A DNA stretch of 64,000 nucleotides from a virus. Numbering within the stretch: position 1 is the first letter of the stretch; every line of letters starts with the position of its first letter. Position numbers and translations under genes: made by a program. The DNA is taken from the IMG/VR virus record IMGVR_UViG_3300020202_000069, positions 4,524 through 68,523 of that record; one strand, 5' to 3'. Of this stretch, positions 17,564-25,756 are shown piece after piece. The notes below the pieces were generated by a model. That model ran no database searches. It saw only the letters and a program-made list of their open reading frames with translations, and had not been told where the DNA came from.

Positions 17564-18670
17564 TTACTGGATCGCGCCCTTGATGTAGCCGCCGACGTTC
17601 TGGCTGATGAACTGCTCGGCGTCGTTGTGGGTGACGATGATTACCTGCGAGCCGCGGGGGCCCTTGAAGGGATTGAAGAAGGCCCGCACCGTCCAGCCGT
17701 TGGTGACGGTGCCGCCGAACTCCGTCGGAAGGCTGTTGCCCCCAGCACCGTTCCAGCGGAAGGTCTTCATGGTGGCGATATCCATCTCCGAGACATCCTG
17801 AGGAGGACGACGCCAGAGGATGACGTCGTTGGCCCAGACATAGGGATAGGCGCCGGTTGAGGGGTTCTTGGCGCGAACCTCGCAGACGTGGACGCGAGGG
17901 ATGTTGAGGAAGGCTGCGAAGGCAGCGCGCTGATCGGGGGTCGGGAGCCCCTGCACGGCCTGCTTGAAGCCGGTGAACTTCTGCACCGCGGCGTTGCGGG
18001 TGAAGGCGTTCCAGGTGATGAGGTCCATCCCCATGTCCGTGATGGGCATCAGGGCCGCTTCCTGGAGCATCTGGATATCCTTGATGGGATCGCTGCTCGA
18101 GCCGCCGTTCCACTTGAGGGTGGAATCACCCGAGAGGTCGCGGAGGTGCGTGCTCGTGAAGTTCGTCGCGCTGAACGACATGTTCTTCACGCGGACTTCC
18201 CGGTTCAGCATCAGCTTGTCCTTGACCATGCGCATCGCCGTGAACTGGATGTTCAGCGGCGCGTCCTGGTTCGAAAGGACCTCAGTCGGGATGAAGCTCC
18301 CAAGGCTGTAGCCGAGGGTGCTGTACCGAGTATTGCTCATCTTGACGCTCACCATGGGCACGTCGGCACCAGGAGCGACAACGGTGTTGTCCACCGTGGC
18401 GAGCGCATTGTCTGGATCGAACTGGTAGTAGTAGTTCGATGCGTGGTTGACCATCACGGGCGGCGCCACGGCATCGGCCATGAACTCGGCCGGAGCGTAG
18501 CCGTTGATGTAGTTCGAGAGCGCGGCGTCGATGTGCACATCGGAGACGCCGAGATCCATTTTTACGAGCTGACCGGAAGCGTCGGTCAGCGTGACCGTAT
18601 TGTTGTGCAGGTCGACCTGCCCGCCGGTGTAGCCGTAGCCGGGCGCGATCGGAATCACGTGTCCATCCAT
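17564..18670 (-). CDS. Major capsid protein
   Basis: 368 aa; DVHIDAALSNY, LMLNREVRV, KWNGGSSSDPIKDI motifs; AAGGA RBS. Confidence 0.92.
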   Translation of the reverse strand: MDGHVIPIAPGYGYTGGQVDLHNNTVTLTDASGQLVKMDLGVSDVHIDAALSNYINGYAPAEFMADAVAPPVMVNHASNYYYQFDPDNALATVDNTVVAPGADVPMVSVKMSNTRYSTLGYSLGSFIPTEVLSNQDAPLNIQFTAMRMVKDKLMLNREVRVKNMSFSATNFTSTHLRDLSGDSTLKWNGGSSSDPIKDIQMLQEAALMPITDMGMDLITWNAFTRNAAVQKFTGFKQAVQGLPTPDQRAAFAAFLNIPRVHVCEVRAKNPSTGAYPYVWANDVILWRRPPQDVSEMDIATMKTFRWNGAGGNSLPTEFGGTVTNGWTVRAFFNPFKGPRGSQVIIVTHNDAEQFISQNVGGYIKGAIQ

Positions 18671-18703
18671 GATCAGAATTCCTTTGGTTCGGCGCTCGGC
18701 CGA

Positions 18704-19123
18704 TCAGGCATTGGCGGCATGAGCGATGAGGACCGGCACGGGCTCACCGTCCGAAGCGGTGGCGAGGGCGAGTCCGATCTGACGAGTCGCTGCGCCGCAG
18801 GTCTTGACCCATCCGAGCTTGGCCGTGGTGTCGGAGGCCTGGAGGAGTTGGCCGTAGGTCACGGCGCCATTGGCCTTGACGGAGCAGACACCGGCCACGC
18901 GGACACGGCCGACTCCGCCGGCTTTGATGGTCTCAACGGTGATGCCGAGGGTACCCGCGACTCCACCGGAGGCCGTGGGCAGGACGACGCCACCCGGCTC
19001 CTTGGTGGGCGGCACGTTGGAGCCGTCCACGAGGACGACGAGGTTCGCGGCGATGTCCGAGGCGCCGTAGTTTTTGAACGTAAGATCGATGTTCGGGATG
19101 CTCCCGAATTCGGTCGCAGGCAT
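18704..19123 (-). CDS. Capsid cement/decoration protein (DUF2190-like)
   Basis: LGITVETIKAGGVGRVRVAGVCSVKANGAVTYGQLL motif; start at ATG 19123 after AGGAGA. Confidence 0.8.
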   Translation of the reverse strand: MPATEFGSIPNIDLTFKNYGASDIAANLVVLVDGSNVPPTKEPGGVVLPTASGGVAGTLGITVETIKAGGVGRVRVAGVCSVKANGAVTYGQLLQASDTTAKLGWVKTCGAATRQIGLALATASDGEPVPVLIAHAANA

Positions 19124-19256
19124 CTTGCAATCTCCTGTGAGGGGTCGATTGGCCGTCACCCCTCACGGGGTTTGGCGGAGAACGGACTCATCCCTTCGCC
19201 GTCGCGTCGAGAGCGGGCGTTGGGACGAGACAGGTAGTCGTGGAGGAGCGCGCCGC

Positions 19257-20222
19257 TTACTGCGTGCGGAGCGAGCCCTTCGCGGTGACGAAAGCGAGGT
19301 TGAGCGCCTGCTCCCTCGAGATCCCGCGCTCCTTCTGGAGGCGATCCGCGAGCGTGAGCATCTCGATGTGGCTCATCGCCTGGCCGCCGAGGGCGCCGGG
19401 GGCATCCACTGCCACGGGTTGCTGGCGCATCGTGGTGGCGCCTTGATGGGCCGCCGCACCGCCCATGAGCGCCGTGGCGCCCTGGGTCTGCGCCGGGATG
19501 CCCTGGCGCTGCGTGGCGACATTGCGAAGGAGGTGCTGCTGGGACGGCGGGACGGGCGGGTAGAGTTCGTCAAAGGTCGCGCGGTCCGCCTTGAGCAGGA
19601 TCCGCATCGCCTTCTTCTCCGCGTCTCCGAGCTTCTTGACGTCCTTGTACGTCTCGAAGGCGGTGTTCACGCGCTCCTCGACGGCCTGGTCGTCACGCCT
19701 CGCGATCTCATCACGGAGGGTCTTGACCTCGGCCTCGGCCGTTGCTGCGCGCTGCTCGGCCAGGGCGACCTTGCTCTCAGCGTCCTTGAGCTTCAGCGAC
19801 AACGCAGCGCTCTGCTCTTCGAGCTTCCTGTTGGCATCGGTCAGGGTCGTGACCTTTGCATTGGCCTCGCCGAGCTTCACTGCGATCTCGGCGCCGTTCT
19901 CGGCGGTATCTGACATGGGATGATACTCCTGTTCATGGCGCTCGAGCGCCTGTTCGATCATCTCCTCGACAGCATCGAGGATGTCGCCGATGGTCGACGT
20001 GACGGGCAGCGACATGCATGCCCGCAGATCGGCGCAGTAGGGTTTTAGGTCGACCACCTGGCCGTCCGTCTCGGCCATCAGGTCTTCGGTCGCGCATTCC
20101 GCCATGGAGCGAAGACGCGCGACCATGCACTTCATGTCGGCGTACTCCGCGAGTTCGCCCATGCGGAGCGCAGCGCGGAGACGTGCTTTCATGTCGCCTG
20201 GAGGGGCGGTCTTGTGGATCAT
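19257..20222 (-). CDS. Nested in-frame scaffolding protein (Mu Z-like)
   Basis: In-frame ATG at 20222 preceded by GGAG (CTCGGAGATACCATG) just after the protease domain. Confidence 0.55.
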   Translation of the reverse strand: MIHKTAPPGDMKARLRAALRMGELAEYADMKCMVARLRSMAECATEDLMAETDGQVVDLKPYCADLRACMSLPVTSTIGDILDAVEEMIEQALERHEQEYHPMSDTAENGAEIAVKLGEANAKVTTLTDANRKLEEQSAALSLKLKDAESKVALAEQRAATAEAEVKTLRDEIARRDDQAVEERVNTAFETYKDVKKLGDAEKKAMRILLKADRATFDELYPPVPPSQQHLLRNVATQRQGIPAQTQGATALMGGAAAHQGATTMRQQPVAVDAPGALGGQAMSHIEMLTLADRLQKERGISREQALNLAFVTAKGSLRTQ

Positions 20223-21302
20223 GGTATCTCCGAGTGCGGCGGTGGTAGTTGCCGGCGAGGAGGCTTGGGTGTCTTTGGCGGCAAGCGGCACCATGCCGTC
20301 GAGAAAGGGCTTGTTCGTGAGGCCGCCGCTGGTCATGCGGGCCCCGATCGGTTTGGCTGTCACTCGGTCCTTGGCGCCGAAGCGGATGGCCGGAGAGAAG
20401 TAGCGGTACTTCTTCTGCCGAATGTAGGTCCGAGCCGGCTCGAGCCATTCCACGAGCCCCCAGAGACCTGCGGCGCCACGGTTCTCGAGCCGTAGGATCC
20501 AGCCCTGCGCCGGAGCGCCCTCGGTTGGAATGCTCCCCTCGGCCGGCTCGGACTCGGAGGCGTGCTCGAAGTCGATCGGAATACGTCGGTTCTCGGTGGC
20601 GTCGAAGTTCCGGACGATCTCATCGAAGATCGCTGGGGTCAGCTCGAAGGGGCCAGCAGGATGCCCCCTGAACGTCCCGACCTTGGCCACCTGGATCCAG
20701 ACGAGATGGCTCGCGGCATCGCTGGCCCGGAGGCTCGCTGCTTCCGCGCGGAGAGCTGTCGCCTTGTCGGCATCGCCCGTGGTCTCGGCCTCGCTCGCCT
20801 GCACCTCCAACGCGGCAACCCGCTCGGGGTCGAGGCTCTCGGTGATAGTCTCATCGAGCTCGATGCTAGGCAGCCGAACGTCCACGCCATCGGAGCCGTG
20901 CATCACCTCGACCCGATGCCCCCCACCGGGGATCAGATCGAACCGCATGTGAAGCCGCCCGCGCCGGAGAGGAGCAGCGCTGTTCTTCGACTCCTCGTGC
21001 TGGATACCGAAACGACGGTACGCCTTCAGGATGTTGCCCCTAATGCGCTCGTAGGTAGCGCGAGGAAGGGAGGCTTTCTGCTGCTCGAGCCTCGCCATGG
21101 CATTGCGCGCATGGGAGGCATCGTGAACCGGGTAGGCCCGCTTCTCCGGCCAGGCGAAGGCGTTCTGGGGCAGCGCCTTGCGCTTCTTCGTGGAGAGCGG
21201 TTTCATGGTCTTTGGCGGAGCCATGGCGGCTTTCTTGGGGCGTACAGCGGCCACCGGCGCATCGACGTGGACGTCGCCGGGGCCGAGGTTGAACGCGGGC
21301 AC
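19257..21302 (-). CDS. Mu I-type prohead protease-scaffold fusion with extra N-terminal domain (681 aa)
   Basis: IDFEH, APAQGW, GLWGLVEW, YRYFSP protease motifs; coiled-coil C-half. Confidence 0.9.
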   Translation of the reverse strand: MPAFNLGPGDVHVDAPVAAVRPKKAAMAPPKTMKPLSTKKRKALPQNAFAWPEKRAYPVHDASHARNAMARLEQQKASLPRATYERIRGNILKAYRRFGIQHEESKNSAAPLRRGRLHMRFDLIPGGGHRVEVMHGSDGVDVRLPSIELDETITESLDPERVAALEVQASEAETTGDADKATALRAEAASLRASDAASHLVWIQVAKVGTFRGHPAGPFELTPAIFDEIVRNFDATENRRIPIDFEHASESEPAEGSIPTEGAPAQGWILRLENRGAAGLWGLVEWLEPARTYIRQKKYRYFSPAIRFGAKDRVTAKPIGARMTSGGLTNKPFLDGMVPLAAKDTQASSPATTTAALGDTMIHKTAPPGDMKARLRAALRMGELAEYADMKCMVARLRSMAECATEDLMAETDGQVVDLKPYCADLRACMSLPVTSTIGDILDAVEEMIEQALERHEQEYHPMSDTAENGAEIAVKLGEANAKVTTLTDANRKLEEQSAALSLKLKDAESKVALAEQRAATAEAEVKTLRDEIARRDDQAVEERVNTAFETYKDVKKLGDAEKKAMRILLKADRATFDELYPPVPPSQQHLLRNVATQRQGIPAQTQGATALMGGAAAHQGATTMRQQPVAVDAPGALGGQAMSHIEMLTLADRLQKERGISREQALNLAFVTAKGSLRTQ

Positions 21303-21305
21303 GGA

Positions 21306-22775
21306 CTACGCCCGGTTCTTGATCACGTAGTCGACGGTGCTGGTCTCGTTCCCGGTCGATGTGATCGTGAACGAGCCGTCCCCCTGGCCCGCCGTAAGGG
21401 TCCCGAACGAGAGATCGCCGGTCGTGCCGGCCGGAGCTCGACGGGTGAGGATCACCGTGGAGCGGGTGGCGTGCAGAATCCACAGATTGGAGATCGCTGC
21501 CGTGCCGGGAGTGCCCGAGAGCGCCGCGGAGGTGCCCCAGTATTCGCGCGGGTAGAAGGCAGGCGACGTGGTGGCGACGGTGATCGCTCCAGCCACGGTG
21601 GCGACCCAGACGGTACCCGCGAAGGTGGTGCCCTCGTTAACGAGAACCTCGGTGCCCGCCGCGAGCACCGCAGCAGCCGCCCAGTCCGATGCGCGAGTGA
21701 GCGGGGCATTGCCACCGCTTACGGCACCGACGGTGTAGATCCCATCTTGAGCGCCGGTCGTCTGGTGAGCCAGGAGGATCCGATCGCCTTCCACGAACGT
21801 GAGACCGTCGTGGGTGGCGACTGCGAACGAGTTCAGATCGGCCACGTTCGACTGGACGACGCCGCGGACCGAGCGAATCGCGCCGGCCTGCGCCGGGAGC
21901 GCGTGGACGTGATCGCTGCGCGCTAGCGAAGTGGCCGAGCCCTCTGCGTTCGCGTAGGCTACGGTGGTTGCTGCGGCCGTCGTGATGTCGTGCTTGTGGT
22001 CGGCACGAGCAAACGTAGTGGCCGCACCCGCAGAGGCAGCAGCCTTCGTCACGTTCGCCGGGGCCGCAGGTGCGGGCACAGCGTGCACGTGGTCACTGCG
22101 TGCGAGCGAGGTGGCCGAGCCTTCCGCGGCGGCATCGCCGATCGCGATCGTCCCCGCCACTGCCGTGGAGATATCGTGCTTGTGATCGCTACGGGCCAGT
22201 GTCAGCGACGTGCCGACAGCAGCAGCAGCTTTCGTGACGTCGGCGGGCGCCGTGGTGGCAAGACCTCGATGCTGCACGAACGTCAGTGTCGTGGTGTTCA
22301 GCGTGATCGCGCTGTCGACGTCGAGGATCCACTGCGTATCCGCATTGACGGAACCGCGCTCCACATAGACGATCATCTCCGGCGTCACCTCGGCGCTGGA
22401 GTCGGCGTCGGTGGCGCGCGTGAGAACCCACGGCGTGGACCCAGAGCCGAGGTTGGTCGCGGTATAGATACCGTTGTCCGCGCCGGTGCTCTGGTTCTTC
22501 ACCAGGATGCGATCGCTAGCGACCACGGTGTAACCATCGATCGCGCCGAGGGCGCCATTGCCGGTCGCGGTCAGCACGTTGCCAGACCGCGTAGCGTTGA
22601 GGTTCGCGGTCGTGGCGCAGACGACGGAGTTCTTGAAGTCCTGAGCGCCGATCGAGGCCTGGAGCGCCTCGATATCGACAACCGCAGCATCGCGAACCGA
22701 CTTCAGGGTGGCGGCGATCTCGGGCGGGTAGTTGCCGATACGCTGGGTATCGACGGCAGCAATCGTGGAAGCCAT
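21306..22775 (-). CDS. Head fibre/decoration protein with two DRILxxxQ...NGIY/DGIY domains and four ARxDHxH repeats
   Basis: Repeats visible in the translation; located between portal and protease. Confidence 0.75.
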   Translation of the reverse strand: MASTIAAVDTQRIGNYPPEIAATLKSVRDAAVVDIEALQASIGAQDFKNSVVCATTANLNATRSGNVLTATGNGALGAIDGYTVVASDRILVKNQSTGADNGIYTATNLGSGSTPWVLTRATDADSSAEVTPEMIVYVERGSVNADTQWILDVDSAITLNTTTLTFVQHRGLATTAPADVTKAAAAVGTSLTLARSDHKHDISTAVAGTIAIGDAAAEGSATSLARSDHVHAVPAPAAPANVTKAAASAGAATTFARADHKHDITTAAATTVAYANAEGSATSLARSDHVHALPAQAGAIRSVRGVVQSNVADLNSFAVATHDGLTFVEGDRILLAHQTTGAQDGIYTVGAVSGGNAPLTRASDWAAAAVLAAGTEVLVNEGTTFAGTVWVATVAGAITVATTSPAFYPREYWGTSAALSGTPGTAAISNLWILHATRSTVILTRRAPAGTTGDLSFGTLTAGQGDGSFTITSTGNETSTVDYVIKNRA

Positions 22776-22778
22776 TGC

Positions 22779-24539
22779 TTATTCCTCGTGGGAATCGGTG
22801 GTCGGTTGTATGGGGAGAGCCGGCGACCGAGGAGGCGCGCCGTTCACGGGGTCGGACTGGGGTGTCACGATCGGTGCCGACGAATCGGCAGAGGACTTGG
22901 CGGCGGACATCAAGAGTTCACGGAGGAACTGGGCAGCGCGCTCTCGCGAAAGGGCAGCCACCGCGTTCTTGACAGTCGGTGTGAGGGTGATCCCAAGATG
23001 GGCCGCAAGCGCTTGAATGCCTTCCGCCACAGAGTCAGCAGTCTCTTTGGGCGGGTCGAGCATCCCGATCTCAACCGGCTTGATGGGGGCCAGTCGGCGC
23101 GCGCCCTCCTCCGTGAGGTCAGCCAGTTTCTGGCCCAACTTGTCGGCGAGCCACTGAGCATCGGGGCCCGCGCCGAGGGCGGCCATCTTTGCTGCGCGCT
23201 CGAGGATCTGCTCCGGAGAGACCTGCTCGACGTGGATCTTGACCCCGGGGCAGAGTCGCTCTTCGCCGGGGCAATTCAGGTGGACGATCCACCAGACCAG
23301 ATCCTCTTTGAGGGCTTGCGCCAGGATCGAGGCGTCGTAGCGAGCGTTCCGGAGATCGCCCTCCTGGTGCACCTGCCCAAGGGATCGAGCGCCCTTTTCT
23401 CCAGCGTCGGTAGTGAGAGTGCCACCGCGCACCGCTTTGGAGACCTGATCGTCACAGAGCTTGACCAGGGTGAGTTGGTTGATGCTGCTACGACCACCGC
23501 CGCTCCCGCCGACCGCGGGACCCTGGAGTTCGACTCGGACGCTGGAGGGGAGTGCGGCACTCGCGAGGCCGCCTATCCCGAGTCCTTTCAGCGCAGCGTC
23601 AAGTGCGGTCCTATCGCTTTCGCCAGCATCGCGATCCTTCCCATCGGGGCCCTTGGTGTTGTAGTAGCCGAGCGCCCACGGCTTCGCGAAGCGCTCGACG
23701 TATTGGGTCGCGCCTCGCACAGCCATCTGCTTGATGGCCATGTAGTAGTCGACCTGGCGGCCAACCCCCTCACGGGTCGGATAGTCGCCTCGGTACGAGG
23801 GCCCGTCCCCGAAGATCAGGAACTTGCCCGGGTAGTCTTTGACTCGAAGACCGTAGAGACCCTCGGTTGGAAAGGCGACGGGAGCGAAGGGCAGAACGGC
23901 TCCCTGATCCCAGACGTGGAGATCCCACGCATTCTGATCCGGGTAGTTGAGCCGCCGGCTGTGGATCATCTCCAGGCCGGAGATCCACCATCCATCGTTC
24001 CGGCGATCCCACTGGATCTCCGCCGCTGTCAGCCCGTAGTAGATGCCCCAGAGGAGCGCGAAGAGCGCCTGCGACAGCGCGGGGATGGCTTGGATGCGCT
24101 GCTCGACCAGCGAGCGGATCTCTTTGGCGCGATCCTTCTCAGCATCGTTCGCATCCTCGGGAAGCTCGGCTGCCGTAATCTCGACAGAGCCTCCAGAGAC
24201 CGCCAGGATCCGTTGGGCCAAGACCGCATAGGCGTGCGGGTCTTTCTCCAGCAGCTCATTGAGGACATCGACGTACTGCTGTCGATAGCCTTGCTGGCAG
24301 AGTCGCCGAACCGAGGCGAGGTACTGGAAGGTGAGATTCGACCCGAGAAGGATCGGCCAGCGATCGATCTGGGGCCACGGCGCAACCGTGCGCTCGAGGT
24401 CATGAGTCCCATCGCGTTCCTTGCCGGGGATGCCAGAATTCGCGGGGAGGAAGCGACCGGCAAAGAGATGGCCGATTCGCTCCCCGGCCACCGAGTAGAG
24501 CTCGGCGAAGGTGGAACGTAGATTGTCGAAGAGGGCCAT
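22779..24539 (-). CDS. Portal protein (Mu gp29/DUF935 family)
   Basis: ELLEKDPHAYAVLAQRILAV, YVERFAKPWALG, SLGQVHQE motifs. Confidence 0.92.
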   Translation of the reverse strand: MALFDNLRSTFAELYSVAGERIGHLFAGRFLPANSGIPGKERDGTHDLERTVAPWPQIDRWPILLGSNLTFQYLASVRRLCQQGYRQQYVDVLNELLEKDPHAYAVLAQRILAVSGGSVEITAAELPEDANDAEKDRAKEIRSLVEQRIQAIPALSQALFALLWGIYYGLTAAEIQWDRRNDGWWISGLEMIHSRRLNYPDQNAWDLHVWDQGAVLPFAPVAFPTEGLYGLRVKDYPGKFLIFGDGPSYRGDYPTREGVGRQVDYYMAIKQMAVRGATQYVERFAKPWALGYYNTKGPDGKDRDAGESDRTALDAALKGLGIGGLASAALPSSVRVELQGPAVGGSGGGRSSINQLTLVKLCDDQVSKAVRGGTLTTDAGEKGARSLGQVHQEGDLRNARYDASILAQALKEDLVWWIVHLNCPGEERLCPGVKIHVEQVSPEQILERAAKMAALGAGPDAQWLADKLGQKLADLTEEGARRLAPIKPVEIGMLDPPKETADSVAEGIQALAAHLGITLTPTVKNAVAALSRERAAQFLRELLMSAAKSSADSSAPIVTPQSDPVNGAPPRSPALPIQPTTDSHEE

Positions 24540-24574
24540 GGCGGAGGGCCCTGGGCCCTATCGGCACAATCGAA

Positions 24575-25465
24575 TCAGCGGCGCCTGCGACCGTTCTGCG
24601 CGTTCAGCGGCACACCCGTGGCCTGTGTCGAGGTCGAAGAGAGTGCAGCCGGACCCTCGACCCTCTTGGAGAGCCCGCATTCCTCCGCGGCTCTCAGCAC
24701 AAGTTCATCGGCATCCAGACCCCGGATCTGTTCGATGTCCACATCCCAGGCTCGTCCCTGAGCCGCGAAGTGGAGCGAGGGGACCATGCTGTAGTAGGCG
24801 CCCTTGTAATGACCCGCAGCGGGGTAGACCTCGGCGTCTGTGCCCGCGACCTCGCCCCATAGCCGAGTGACCTGTTCCAGTGTCCACCGAGGCAGACGGA
24901 GCGCCGAGGCTGCTTCGGCGACAAGCTCGGTAGCACTCCGCTCCTGCCAGCCATTGGAGGCAATCCAGGCGTGTGCCGTCGATCCCCAAGGGTCGGGCGC
25001 CATCAGACTCAGCGAATCCTCACTGGCATCTGCTCGGTGCAGGGCAATCGCTGCCGACCCAGCGCGCTCTTTCCAGAGGAGCTCGACCTCGGAAACCACG
25101 GAGGCGCGGCGCGTCTTCGCGGCTGCCACGAAGAGGGAGGCATAGCCGACCGAGAGACCCATCGCGCGCATCCGAAGACTCGACGGGTCGTAGACGACCT
25201 CGGCATGGACCTCGGCGGTCGTGAGGCGGGTGCGCACCGCCTGGATCAGGCTCGGCATGCAGCCGTCCGTCGGCTCGATCAGCAGGAAGCCGATTGCCTC
25301 CGGGTCTCGCCCGCGCCCCTGCGCCGCCCGCTCAGGAAGACGCATCAAGACCCGATCCACCTCGGCTGGGTCCACGGGCGCGGAGACGGCAGACGCAGAG
25401 CGCCTGGCGGCATCCTGGGCCGCCTGAGCGGCATCAGCGAGAAGGGTGGCGAGGTGGAGGGGCAT
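24575..25465 (-). CDS. Hypothetical protein between terL and portal (296 aa)
   Basis: Long ORF, globular composition; no motif recognised. Confidence 0.65.
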   Translation of the reverse strand: MPLHLATLLADAAQAAQDAARRSASAVSAPVDPAEVDRVLMRLPERAAQGRGRDPEAIGFLLIEPTDGCMPSLIQAVRTRLTTAEVHAEVVYDPSSLRMRAMGLSVGYASLFVAAAKTRRASVVSEVELLWKERAGSAAIALHRADASEDSLSLMAPDPWGSTAHAWIASNGWQERSATELVAEAASALRLPRWTLEQVTRLWGEVAGTDAEVYPAAGHYKGAYYSMVPSLHFAAQGRAWDVDIEQIRGLDADELVLRAAEECGLSKRVEGPAALSSTSTQATGVPLNAQNGRRRR

Positions 25466-25585
25466 GCGGTGGTGCGTTCTCTACTTGTAGGCTACAATCA
25501 ACGTATGCGTCAGGGACTTGGGCCGGGGCAGAACCCCCGAAACGCTCTCAGCCATCACCGGGAGCGCGGAGAGGAGGCGCTCCTC

Positions 25586-25756
25586 GTGGTGCGGTTCTCG
25601 ACCATCGCCGCCGCAGCGGGCTGCTCGGTGGCCACCGTGAAGAAGGCCGCCGTTCAGCGCCGGCTGAACCCGAGGGATCTGGCCAGCGTGGCGGCGTTCA
25701 TCATCGCCCGACGGCCCGACCTGAGGGGCTCGCCGTCAGCCGAATCCGATCGGTGA
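25586..25756 (+). CDS. Small HTH DNA-binding protein on the strand opposite the late operon (56 aa)
   Basis: AGGAGG 8 nt before GTG; FSTIAAAAGCSVATVKK helix-turn-helix. Confidence 0.65.
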   Translation: MVRFSTIAAAAGCSVATVKKAAVQRRLNPRDLASVAAFIIARRPDLRGSPSAESDR

